From positions 1 through 34,336 of the forward strand of contig JAOAIN010000069.1 in assembly GCA_026414685.1 (NCBI GenBank): a stretch of DNA of 34,336 bases, written 5' to 3'. Source of the DNA: Candidatus Goldiibacteriota bacterium. GTDB lineage: Bacteria; Oederibacteriota; PGYV01; DSYL01. Under the pieces are notes generated by a model. It had not been told where the DNA came from and made no database searches. It saw only the letters and a program-made list of their open reading frames with translations. This document shows, in pieces, positions 1 to 7,419 of this stretch; the first letter of the stretch is position 1; each line of letters opens with the position of its first letter. A program made the position numbers and the translations under genes.

Positions 1-615
1 TTAACACAGGCGCCATACTGGGGTACATCTGTAAATTTGAGTAATGCATTGTCAATGGCTACTGACATACAATTTCAGACAGAGAATCAACCACATTCAA
101 GTATTGATTTATGGATAGATGAAATAGAATTTTATGGTTGCAGTATGAATTGTCCACCATCGCAGGGGACGCCCAATATTACTCCAACTGGACCTACCAA
201 TACCTGGACCCATACACCAACCAGAACACCAACAATAGGTATTAGTCCAGGTACACCCACACCTGGAATCAGTGAAAGATTTGATTTTGATTGGACTAAA
301 CCAATAATTGCTTATCCAAATCCATACTTTTTTAAAACTCCTGTTGCTATTGATTTTTATCTTACAAAACCAGCAGAGATTATTTATTTTAGATTGTATA
401 CAGTAGCTGGTAGATTAATAAGAGAAGTTCCTTATTCAAAATCTAGCCCTTACATAATTAATGGACTTTTACAAGGTAAAAATACACTTCAAATTGCTCA
501 ATCTCATTTAGAAGATCTGGCAATGGGTATTTATTATTATGTGTTGGTTGCTGAAGATAATACCAAAAAACAGGTAAAATCAATGGTTGAAAAATTAGTT
601 GTTATAAAACAATAA
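1..615 (+). CDS. 3' part of a secreted/surface protein: end of a CBM-like beta-sandwich, Pro/Thr linker, T9SS-type (FlgD-Ig-like) C-terminal sorting domain; 5' end lies outside the window
   Basis: Frame 1 is open from nt 1, with no stop before the ATG at 37, so the gene enters from upstream. It shows a '...IDLWIDEIEFYG' terminal strand. A PT-rich linker PPSQGTPNITPTGPTNTWTHTPTRTPTIGISPGTPTPG follows (about nt 154-270). Then comes 'IIAYPNPYF..VAIDFYL..IIYFRLYTVAGRLI..GKNTLQI..LAMGIYYYVLVAED..KLVVIK', with the AYPNP start and G-x-Y-rich last strands typical of T9SS type-A CTDs. Confidence 0.7.
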   Translation, partial: LTQAPYWGTSVNLSNALSMATDIQFQTENQPHSSIDLWIDEIEFYGCSMNCPPSQGTPNITPTGPTNTWTHTPTRTPTIGISPGTPTPGISERFDFDWTKPIIAYPNPYFFKTPVAIDFYLTKPAEIIYFRLYTVAGRLIREVPYSKSSPYIINGLLQGKNTLQIAQSHLEDLAMGIYYYVLVAEDNTKKQVKSMVEKLVVIKQ

Positions 616-784
616 GAAATAAACGAATTGTTTATTAATATTGCTCTAAAAGTATGTTAAAGTTTTTTTGGAAAAATGTTTACAATATATAAAAAATTTA
701 TAAGTATCTCAATTGATAGATAAGCAAATATAATTTTTTTACTTTTTAGAATATTTTAGATTTTTTTTATAAATATTTTATAGC

Positions 785-949
785 TTAATATTCTTTTCCA
801 CACCGCAGGCAAATAAATTTATGAGAGATTTTATTAATAATCACTTCAATTTTGCCGCCACATTCACAGACCAATCTTCTTGGACCTTTTCTGCGATCGG
901 TTTTAACTTTTATTTTTTTCTTTCTTCTGTCTTCTTTTCTTTTTTCCAT
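785..949 (-). CDS. Small basic zinc-ribbon protein, 54 aa; absent from the supplied ORF track (too short)
   Basis: The reverse strand reads AAGGAG (960-955), TTTTT, ATG (949-947). The product is MEKRKEDRRKKKIKVKTDRRKGPRRLVCECGGKIEVIINKISHKFICLRCGKEY, with TAA at 787-785. It has a Lys/Arg-rich N-tail and a CxC-x18-CxxC pattern. An extended -10 sits just upstream. The overlapping + ORF 821-1069 is low-complexity F/S/I-rich and has no SD. Confidence 0.55.
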   Translation of the reverse strand: MEKRKEDRRKKKIKVKTDRRKGPRRLVCECGGKIEVIINKISHKFICLRCGKEY

Positions 950-968
950 AAAAACTCCTTTTTTGTTT

Positions 969-977
969 ATTATATCA
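969..977 (-). promoter_or_regulatory. Extended -10 promoter element (TGATATAAT) for the small zinc-ribbon gene
   Basis: The reverse complement of 969-977 is TGATATAAT, the TGnTATAAT consensus. It lies about 20 nt upstream of the ATG at 949. The same 14-mer TTATGATATAATAA recurs upstream of the GGDEF gene (31674-31687). Confidence 0.35.
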
Positions 978-1145
978 TAAAATTATATTATTTAATATAT
1001 TGTGAAAATATGTTTAGTGATATATTTAAGAGATATATTTGTATATTACAGATGGAATTTAATATATAAATAAAATATTTCAAAATTTTATATAAAAATT
1101 TTCGTAAATTACAATTTAATTTAACAAAAAATTAACAATATATAT

Positions 1146-1174
1146 TTGACTTTTTTATATTTTTTTAATATAAT
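1146..1174 (+). promoter_or_regulatory. Sigma70-type promoter of the envelope operon (TTGACT-17 nt-TATAAT)
   Basis: TTGACT at 1146-1151, an exact 17-nt spacer (1152-1168) and TATAAT at 1169-1174. It lies 34-52 nt upstream of the candidate start codons at 1208 and 1226. AT-rich background makes -10-like hexamers common, but the -35 plus spacing is near consensus. Confidence 0.5.
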
Positions 1175-1194
1175 TATGAAAAGTTTAATTTTCG

Positions 1195-1208
1195 TGAAAA
1201 CGTTTTTG
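1195..1208. promoter_or_regulatory. Candidate LacI/CcpA-type operator (TGAAAACGTTTTTG; core palindrome AAAACGTTTT with central CG)
   Basis: The 10-bp perfect palindrome AAAACGTTTT is at 1197-1206, with CG at 1201-1202. It matches 12 of 14 positions of the LacI-family pattern TGnAAnCGnTTnCA. It lies between the -10 hexamer and the start codon of the operon, whose last gene (6278-7291) encodes a LacI-family repressor. I found no second AAAACGTTTT-type site in the window. Confidence 0.4.
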
Positions 1209-3289
1209 TGAAAATTGAGGTGGTGATGATTTTTAAGTTTAGTGATTTATATCACATTAAAAGATATTTTTATTTTATTTTTATTATTTTATTTCCATGT
1301 ATTATATATACTGGGAATTTTGGTACAACAACAGCAGAATTCACAAGAATAAAACCAGAGGCAAAACCTTCAGGTATGGGAGATGCTTATATTGGTATTG
1401 CAGATGACAGCTCATCTCTTATTTATAATCCTTCTGGATTAGCATTACTTGATAAAAGCGAATTAGCAGGAACATCCATATTCTGGTTTAACAGTATTAT
1501 GATGTATAATATTTCATTTGCTCATCCTTTTGAAAGAGGAACTGGTTTTGGTATAAATATATTATGGGTTGATATAGGTAATTTTAATTCAACTGGAATT
1601 CCTGGATATGAAGTTACTATGCAGGATGCAATCATAAATGCTGGTTTTGGCAAAACGATTTTTCAGGGTTTTAATACTGGCATAAATATAAAAGTTTTGT
1701 ATGAAAGATTTGCAGATATATCAACAGGTTTTGCAGAAACATCAATCGGTGTCAGTGCAGATGCTGGAATTTTGTTTGAATTATTCTCCAGAAATTTTTC
1801 TTTAGGTTTGGTTGGAAGAAATTTTGGTTTTATGGTAGGAACAGAAGATCCTCTTCCCATGGAGATTGGACTGGGTTTTGGATTTAAATTAATTAGTGGA
1901 AAAGACGATTATTTCAATTTTGATATTGATATTTCTAAAATATTAAACACAGATAATTTTTTTATAGGTACAGGTTTTGAATGGACTATTTTTAAAATTT
2001 TTTCTATTAGATTTGGATTCAGATATAATAACAGTTTTGATATTGAAACATTTTCTTTTTCAAACTTCCAGAATTTATTACTTTTATCTGGTGGTATAGG
2101 TATAAATATCAGCGATATTGGTATAATTGATTATTCATATAATCCTATGGGAGTGCTTGGAGATATTCACAGAATAGGTATAAAAATCACATTTGGTGAA
2201 TCATTATATGAACAAGCGCTTGCAGAACAGAAGGCTTTGATTGTTCCAAAAGCACTTGAAATTCCAAAAATAGAAGTATCCGAAGGTCAGATAAAAGCAG
2301 TTTCTTTCAAACCCAATATTCCTCAGGAAAAGGTTAAAGAATGGACATTAAATATTAAAACATATGATGGTAAAATTATAAAAACATATTCAGGTATTGG
2401 AGAAGTTCCAAAAGATTTGAAATGGGATGGAACGGACTCTGTTGGTAAAATAGTAAAGACAGATGTGAGTTATATCTTTGATTTTAAAGCAAAGGATATG
2501 GAAGGTCAGATAATTAAGTCAATGGGTAATATAATACAACCACAAAAAATTTCCCCTGTTGAATTTAAAGAAGAATTTTACAAACCTATAAGGGGACGTG
2601 AAATTTTTGTGGTTCCTATTAATCTTCTTGTTTCGGGTGATAGTGAAGAAAGAAAACAAGTTCCATTTATAATGGTGAATGACAAAATAAAAGAAATTGT
2701 TTCCTGGGATTTTGATATTTTAAGTAAGTCAGGTACACCAAAGAAAAAATTTAGTGGCAATGGAAATATACCACTTTATATTGTTTGGGATGGAAAGGAT
2801 TTTGATGGTAATTATGTTGAAGATCTTAAAGATTGTAAATATGTTTTGACATTAAACGGTAAAGTTGGTAGTAAAGCAACAATAAAAGATAGAAGGGTAA
2901 TTAGAGACCCATTTGTTATTTCTACTAAAACAAAAAGATTAAAAGCATTTAAATTCATTTATTTTGAACCTAATTCCTATGAACTAACACAGGAAATGGA
3001 ACAACGGATGAAAGAAATAGTGGATGAAATAATAACATACAAAAATATTCAGATATATATTCAGGGACATTCAAGTGTGGAAGGTGATAAAAACTATAAT
3101 ATATGGTTATCACAACAGCGAGCGAAAACAGTTTTAAGGTATATTGTAGAAAAATATAAGATATCACCATTATCAATAACCACTGTTGGATACGGAGCGG
3201 ATATCCCATATGATATAAAGGATACAGAAGAAACAAGAAGTCGTTCACGCAGGGTTGAAATAATAATTATGGGTGAAATTGAAAAATGA
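1208..3289 (+). CDS. Outer-membrane protein: PorV/FadL-like beta-barrel N-domain + two FlgD-Ig-like modules + C-terminal OmpA/MotB peptidoglycan-binding domain (start may be ATG 1226)
   Basis: The N-terminus has a hydrophobic signal-like segment. 'AKPSGMGDAYIGIADDSSSLIYNPSGLA' is followed by alternating-hydrophobic strands ending 'HRIGIKITFG'. Two modules carry 'LKWDGTDSVGKIV' and 'IVWDGKDFDGNYVEDL'. The C-terminus is 'IYFEPNSYELT..IQIYIQGHSSVEGDKNYNIWLSQQRAKTVLRYIV..TTVGYGADIP..SRSRRVEIII', a canonical OmpA_C (about nt 2945-3286). GAGGTGG at 1217-1223 favours ATG 1226, and the GTG at 1208 overlaps the putative operator. Confidence 0.85.
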   Translation: MKIEVVMIFKFSDLYHIKRYFYFIFIILFPCIIYTGNFGTTTAEFTRIKPEAKPSGMGDAYIGIADDSSSLIYNPSGLALLDKSELAGTSIFWFNSIMMYNISFAHPFERGTGFGINILWVDIGNFNSTGIPGYEVTMQDAIINAGFGKTIFQGFNTGINIKVLYERFADISTGFAETSIGVSADAGILFELFSRNFSLGLVGRNFGFMVGTEDPLPMEIGLGFGFKLISGKDDYFNFDIDISKILNTDNFFIGTGFEWTIFKIFSIRFGFRYNNSFDIETFSFSNFQNLLLLSGGIGINISDIGIIDYSYNPMGVLGDIHRIGIKITFGESLYEQALAEQKALIVPKALEIPKIEVSEGQIKAVSFKPNIPQEKVKEWTLNIKTYDGKIIKTYSGIGEVPKDLKWDGTDSVGKIVKTDVSYIFDFKAKDMEGQIIKSMGNIIQPQKISPVEFKEEFYKPIRGREIFVVPINLLVSGDSEERKQVPFIMVNDKIKEIVSWDFDILSKSGTPKKKFSGNGNIPLYIVWDGKDFDGNYVEDLKDCKYVLTLNGKVGSKATIKDRRVIRDPFVISTKTKRLKAFKFIYFEPNSYELTQEMEQRMKEIVDEIITYKNIQIYIQGHSSVEGDKNYNIWLSQQRAKTVLRYIVEKYKISPLSITTVGYGADIPYDIKDTEETRSRSRRVEIIIMGEIEK

Positions 3290-4377
3290 GAGAAAACATC
3301 CTGATTTTTATTATTTTTTTATGTCTGGTTTCTGGCTGTAATTTTCTTACACAGTCCGAAGAAAGAGAAATGTCAGAAACCCCAGAGAGATTATTCAATC
3401 TTGCCAATGAGGCAATGATTAAAGGCGAAAAAGAGATTGCGATAGAATTGTATTATAAAATTCTTGAAAAATATCCGGATTTTAAAAAATATAGACCAGA
3501 TGTTTTATATAGATTGGGTATATTGTTGTTTAAATCTGATAGATATGAGGAGGCTGAAAAGATATTTCAACAACTTATAACAAAATATAAAAATTATCCT
3601 AAAATAAAGAATGTATATGAAAAACTTATTTATATTTATATTCAGGAATTGCCTGATCCAGCAAAGGCAGAAAAGATCAAGGAAATATATAAAACAAAAT
3701 TCAAAGTTGGTAATAAATTGGATGAAATTGAAAAAACAAGTATTTTATTGAATTCAAAGGAAATATATCACGAGATTTTTAAACTTGACGTTTCTGAGAT
3801 AGAAACAATAAAAGTTGAAAAAGTTCATAGTTATGATAGAGAATTTTTTCCGGTACAATCATTTCTTGATTTAAAAATTTTTTCTCCGGATAGAAAATAT
3901 TTTGTGGAGAGAAAAAAAGAAAATGGTGTATATTTTTTATTTTTAACCGATGTATCTAAAAACAAAACAAGCAAAATAAAAGATTCTGAAAATGGATTTG
4001 GACAACAATGGTCATGGGATTCTAAATCTATTGTTTTTACAGTAATGAATTGGTCAACCAAAGAAAGAAAAATAAAATTATATAATATTAAGAATAACAA
4101 TACTAAAATAATTTTTACAGGTAAAAATATTGGAGATTTATTATGTTTTTCTCCTGATAATTCAAAGATTGCCTTCTGGTATTCTGATGCTTTGTGGCTC
4201 ATTAACAACACTGGCAAAAAAATGTCCATGATATGTAAAAAAATTAAAGGAAATAATATAGTTATGATGGCGTGGTCAAGGGAAGGGGATAAAATATTAG
4301 TTGGAAAAAAAATGGATGATAATATTGATTATTATATATTTTATCTTGGAAGAAAAGAATTTATTATTACAAAATAA
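3286..4377 (+). CDS. Lipoprotein with N-terminal TPR-like helices and C-terminal TolB-like (PD40/WD40-like) beta-propeller repeats
   Basis: ATGA overlap with the upstream stop. Lipobox 'LCLVSGC'. Helical region 'AIELYYKILEKYPDF..YRLGILLFKSDRYEEAEKIFQQLITKY'. PD40-like repeats 'FSPDRKYFV', 'WSWDSKSIVF', 'FSPDNSKIAFW' and 'WSREGDKILV'. Confidence 0.8.
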   Translation: MRENILIFIIFLCLVSGCNFLTQSEEREMSETPERLFNLANEAMIKGEKEIAIELYYKILEKYPDFKKYRPDVLYRLGILLFKSDRYEEAEKIFQQLITKYKNYPKIKNVYEKLIYIYIQELPDPAKAEKIKEIYKTKFKVGNKLDEIEKTSILLNSKEIYHEIFKLDVSEIETIKVEKVHSYDREFFPVQSFLDLKIFSPDRKYFVERKKENGVYFLFLTDVSKNKTSKIKDSENGFGQQWSWDSKSIVFTVMNWSTKERKIKLYNIKNNNTKIIFTGKNIGDLLCFSPDNSKIAFWYSDALWLINNTGKKMSMICKKIKGNNIVMMAWSREGDKILVGKKMDDNIDYYIFYLGRKEFIITK

Positions 4378-4388
4378 CAGGAGGATTT

Positions 4389-6263
4389 ATGAGTGTAAAA
4401 AAGCAATTTTTTTTAGTATTATTTATCATATTATTCCCATTTTTCGTTTGTGCGACCGTGGAAGAATATAAAAAAGCAGTTGAACTTGATAGCGAAAATG
4501 TTATTAAAAGATATAATCTTGCGCTTGCATATTATAATGAATGTATTGGTGGTAATCAATCATTATGCGATTCTGCAATTGAAGCAATGAAAAAAACACT
4601 TGAAACAAATATCTCTGATAAAGAATCTCATTTAAAAGTTGATGCAACTGTTTTACAGATTCTCGGCATACTTTATTATAATTATAAACAGAGTGTCGAT
4701 GAGGCTATAAAATATTTCAATAAATGCATAGAAAAAAATCCTACAGATGGAGATACTTATTATTATACTGGTCTATGTTATCTAAGAAAAAATGATAATG
4801 ATAATTCACTTAAGTTTTTCATGGATGCAATAAGCAAAAATACTCAGAATTTGCTTGATGCCAAATTTCGTTTAGGCCAGGTTTATTTTAGAAAAAAAAT
4901 TTATATAGAAGCTATTAAATATCTTGAAGAAGTAGTGAAATCAAATCCAAAACATCTTGAAGCAAGAGAATTACTTGGAGTCATATATCATAATCGTAAT
5001 GATAGTTTAAAAGCAATAGAAAATTTAAAGATTGTTGTTAAATATAATCCACAAAACTTTAATGCTTTTTATCTTCTTGGGCTCAATTATTTTAAGGAAA
5101 AACAGTATGATAAGATGATAGATTCGTATAAAAAAGCAATTGAAATAAATCCGGATTTCCCTGATGCGCATTATAATCTTGGTATGGCATATTATTATAG
5201 TAATATGTATGAGGAAGCTATAAAAGAATTTGAAATAGCAAAAAAGTTAAATCCAACTGATTCGGCAACATTTTCTATCCTTGCACAGACAAAAACAACT
5301 GCTTATGAATATTATTTGAGCAAGGGAACTACTTATTATACTTCAGAGGAATATATAAAAGCGTTAAAAGAATTTGAAAAGGCATTAAATATCAAGCCGG
5401 GAGATAGTGTGGCACAGAAATATTTATCAAATGTAAAAGATGTATTGAAAAAGCAGGTTCCAGAAGTTTTACAAGTGGCCAAAAATTTATTTGAAAATAA
5501 AAAATATCCAGAAGCATACGAAAAATGGAATTATGTTTTACAAATTGACCCTGAAAATTCAGAAGCCAAACAAGGTATAGCAAATATAGAAAAAAATATA
5601 TCGGATTTAATTGCTGGAAAAGAAAAGATAGCGACAGAACATGTAAAAAGTGGTAATTATAGTGCTGCATTGATTGAATATGAAGAAATAAAAAATCTTG
5701 TAACTTCTGATACAAAAAGAAAATATGTAAATTCTCAGATTCAGGCAATAAAAGAAAAACAAAAATCAAGAGTGAATTCAATTTTGGCAGTAGCCGATAA
5801 ATTGTATCAGAATAAAAATTATAAAAGTGCATTGAATAAGTATGCTGAAGTTTTGAAATTTGATCCCAATAATGAAGCTGCAATGAATGGAGTGATAAAG
5901 ATAAATGCAAAAATGGAAGCAGATAAAGAAAAATATCTTGCGCTTGGTAAACAGAAGATTGCATCTGAACCAGATAAAGCAGTTGGTTATTTTAAAAAAG
6001 TTTTACAGATAGATCCGAATAATCAGGAGGCTAATTCTTATATTCAGAAACTCACTGGTAAAGATGCTCAGGTAGCAATAGATGCAAAAATGGTTAAAAC
6101 ATTATATTATGAAGGTGTGGATAAATATGTGAATGGTAATATAGAAGAAGCAATAAAACTATGGAAAAAAGTTTTAACAATAGATCCAAACCATATTGAA
6201 TCGCAGAAAAATATCCAACGTGCACAGGAAAAGTTAATAGCAATAAAAAATTTGGGAAAATAA
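4389..6263 (+). CDS. Secreted/periplasmic tetratricopeptide-repeat (TPR) protein, 624 aa
   Basis: SD GGAGGA lies 5 nt upstream. Signal peptide 'FFLVLFIILFPFFVCA'. More than 10 TPR-like units are visible, e.g. 'AFYLLGLNYFKEKQYDKMIDSYKKAIEINPDFPDAHYNLGMAYYYSNMYEEAIKEFEIAKKLNP'. Confidence 0.85.
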   Translation: MSVKKQFFLVLFIILFPFFVCATVEEYKKAVELDSENVIKRYNLALAYYNECIGGNQSLCDSAIEAMKKTLETNISDKESHLKVDATVLQILGILYYNYKQSVDEAIKYFNKCIEKNPTDGDTYYYTGLCYLRKNDNDNSLKFFMDAISKNTQNLLDAKFRLGQVYFRKKIYIEAIKYLEEVVKSNPKHLEARELLGVIYHNRNDSLKAIENLKIVVKYNPQNFNAFYLLGLNYFKEKQYDKMIDSYKKAIEINPDFPDAHYNLGMAYYYSNMYEEAIKEFEIAKKLNPTDSATFSILAQTKTTAYEYYLSKGTTYYTSEEYIKALKEFEKALNIKPGDSVAQKYLSNVKDVLKKQVPEVLQVAKNLFENKKYPEAYEKWNYVLQIDPENSEAKQGIANIEKNISDLIAGKEKIATEHVKSGNYSAALIEYEEIKNLVTSDTKRKYVNSQIQAIKEKQKSRVNSILAVADKLYQNKNYKSALNKYAEVLKFDPNNEAAMNGVIKINAKMEADKEKYLALGKQKIASEPDKAVGYFKKVLQIDPNNQEANSYIQKLTGKDAQVAIDAKMVKTLYYEGVDKYVNGNIEEAIKLWKKVLTIDPNHIESQKNIQRAQEKLIAIKNLGK

Positions 6264-6277
6264 GGAGTGAGTCAATA

Positions 6278-7291
6278 ATGAAAGTGACAATTTACGATGT
6301 TGCAAGAAAAGCTGGAGTTTCCATCTCAACTGCTTCAAAAGCATTGAATGACAGAAAGGATGTTGGAGAAAAAACAAAAGAAAAAATTAAACAGATAGCA
6401 AAAGAACTCTCATATGAACCGTCTCATTTTGCGAGAGCACTTGCAATGAAAAAAACAGGGAATATCGGCGTGCTTACAGTTCGGTATTATTCAACACCCA
6501 TGCTTACAAATCCATTTTATTCAAAGATTATAGAAGGAGTAGAAGAAGGTTTGATGGATAGTGATTTGAATTTAATTACAAATGTTTTGAGGAGGGAACA
6601 GATAGAGAAACTTGAATTACCTAAAATGGTAAAAGAAAAAAATATAGATGGTTTAATTCTTCTGGGTTATATGCCAGAAGAATTTGTGGAATTAATTGCA
6701 AATAAAGGATTGCCTGTTGTTGTTGTTGATAATTATGTTAAAGAAAATATTAGTATGATTGTCACAGATGATGAAGGTGGAGCATACAATGCAGTTAATT
6801 ATCTTATAAAAACTGGACATAAAAAAATTGCATATATTTCAGGTCCATCTAAAAGGGGTAGTTTTAAAAAAAGAGGCGATGGTTATTTAAAAGCATTATC
6901 TGAGAATAATATAGAAATTAGACCTGATTTTATTTTATATAACGAAAATGAAGAACCTGGTTATGAATGGATGAAAAAAATTTTAAAATCAAATGATGTC
7001 CCTGATGCAATATTTACTTGCAATGATGTTACAGCTATTTTGTGTATTAATATGTTGCGTGAAAGTGGATTAAAAGTTCCTGATGATATATCGGTTATTG
7101 GATTTGACAATATTGAAATGGGACAGCATTTTATCCCATCGCTTTCCACGGTTGATGTTGATAAAGAGAGAATCGGCATAAAAGCAGTTAATTTATTAAG
7201 TGATAAGGTAAAGAATAAAACCAAATCAATAGAGAGAATCATTTTTCCAGTTAATCTCATTATAAGAGATTCTGTAAAACAAAGAAAATAG
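6278..7291 (+). CDS. LacI-family transcriptional regulator
   Basis: N-terminal HTH 'VTIYDVARKAGVSISTASKALND' and 'YEPSHFARALA'. Periplasmic-binding-protein-like core with 'VDGLILLG', 'IAYISGP', 'DAIFTCNDVTAI' and 'ISVIGFDN'. SD GGAGTGAG upstream. Confidence 0.9.
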   Translation: MKVTIYDVARKAGVSISTASKALNDRKDVGEKTKEKIKQIAKELSYEPSHFARALAMKKTGNIGVLTVRYYSTPMLTNPFYSKIIEGVEEGLMDSDLNLITNVLRREQIEKLELPKMVKEKNIDGLILLGYMPEEFVELIANKGLPVVVVDNYVKENISMIVTDDEGGAYNAVNYLIKTGHKKIAYISGPSKRGSFKKRGDGYLKALSENNIEIRPDFILYNENEEPGYEWMKKILKSNDVPDAIFTCNDVTAILCINMLRESGLKVPDDISVIGFDNIEMGQHFIPSLSTVDVDKERIGIKAVNLLSDKVKNKTKSIERIIFPVNLIIRDSVKQRK

Positions 7292-7391
7292 AAAATCAAA
7301 AATTGATAATAAAAAATGGAAAACATTATCTTGCCAATGTTCTATCAATTGAACGAAAATTTAAAAAAGAATAATAAAACTTAATATATTA

Positions 7392-7400
7392 TGTTACAAT
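7392..7400 (+). promoter_or_regulatory. Extended -10 element (TGTTACAAT) upstream of the SpeE-like membrane protein gene
   Basis: TGnTACAAT at 7392-7400, 20 nt upstream of ATG 7420, with AAGGA in between. It sits in the 128-bp gap after the lacI-family stop. Confidence 0.35.
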
Positions 7401-7419
7401 ATTTATAAAAAAGGAAAAT

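Noticed and set aside
618-636. Hairpin AATAAAC-GAATT-GTTTATT after the first gene, as an intrinsic terminator
   Set aside because: The stem is 7 bp and all but one pair are A-T. It is not followed by a T-tract, so it is too weak to call.
821-1069. Track ORF of 82 aa on the plus strand
   Set aside because: It is low-complexity and F/S/I/Y-rich, has no SD, runs through the promoter region of the divergent genes, and overlaps a better-supported minus-strand zinc-ribbon ORF (785-949).
5392-5964. 190-aa minus-strand ORF inside the TPR gene
   Set aside because: Antisense artefact. The plus-strand frame carries clear TPR repeats and a signal peptide.
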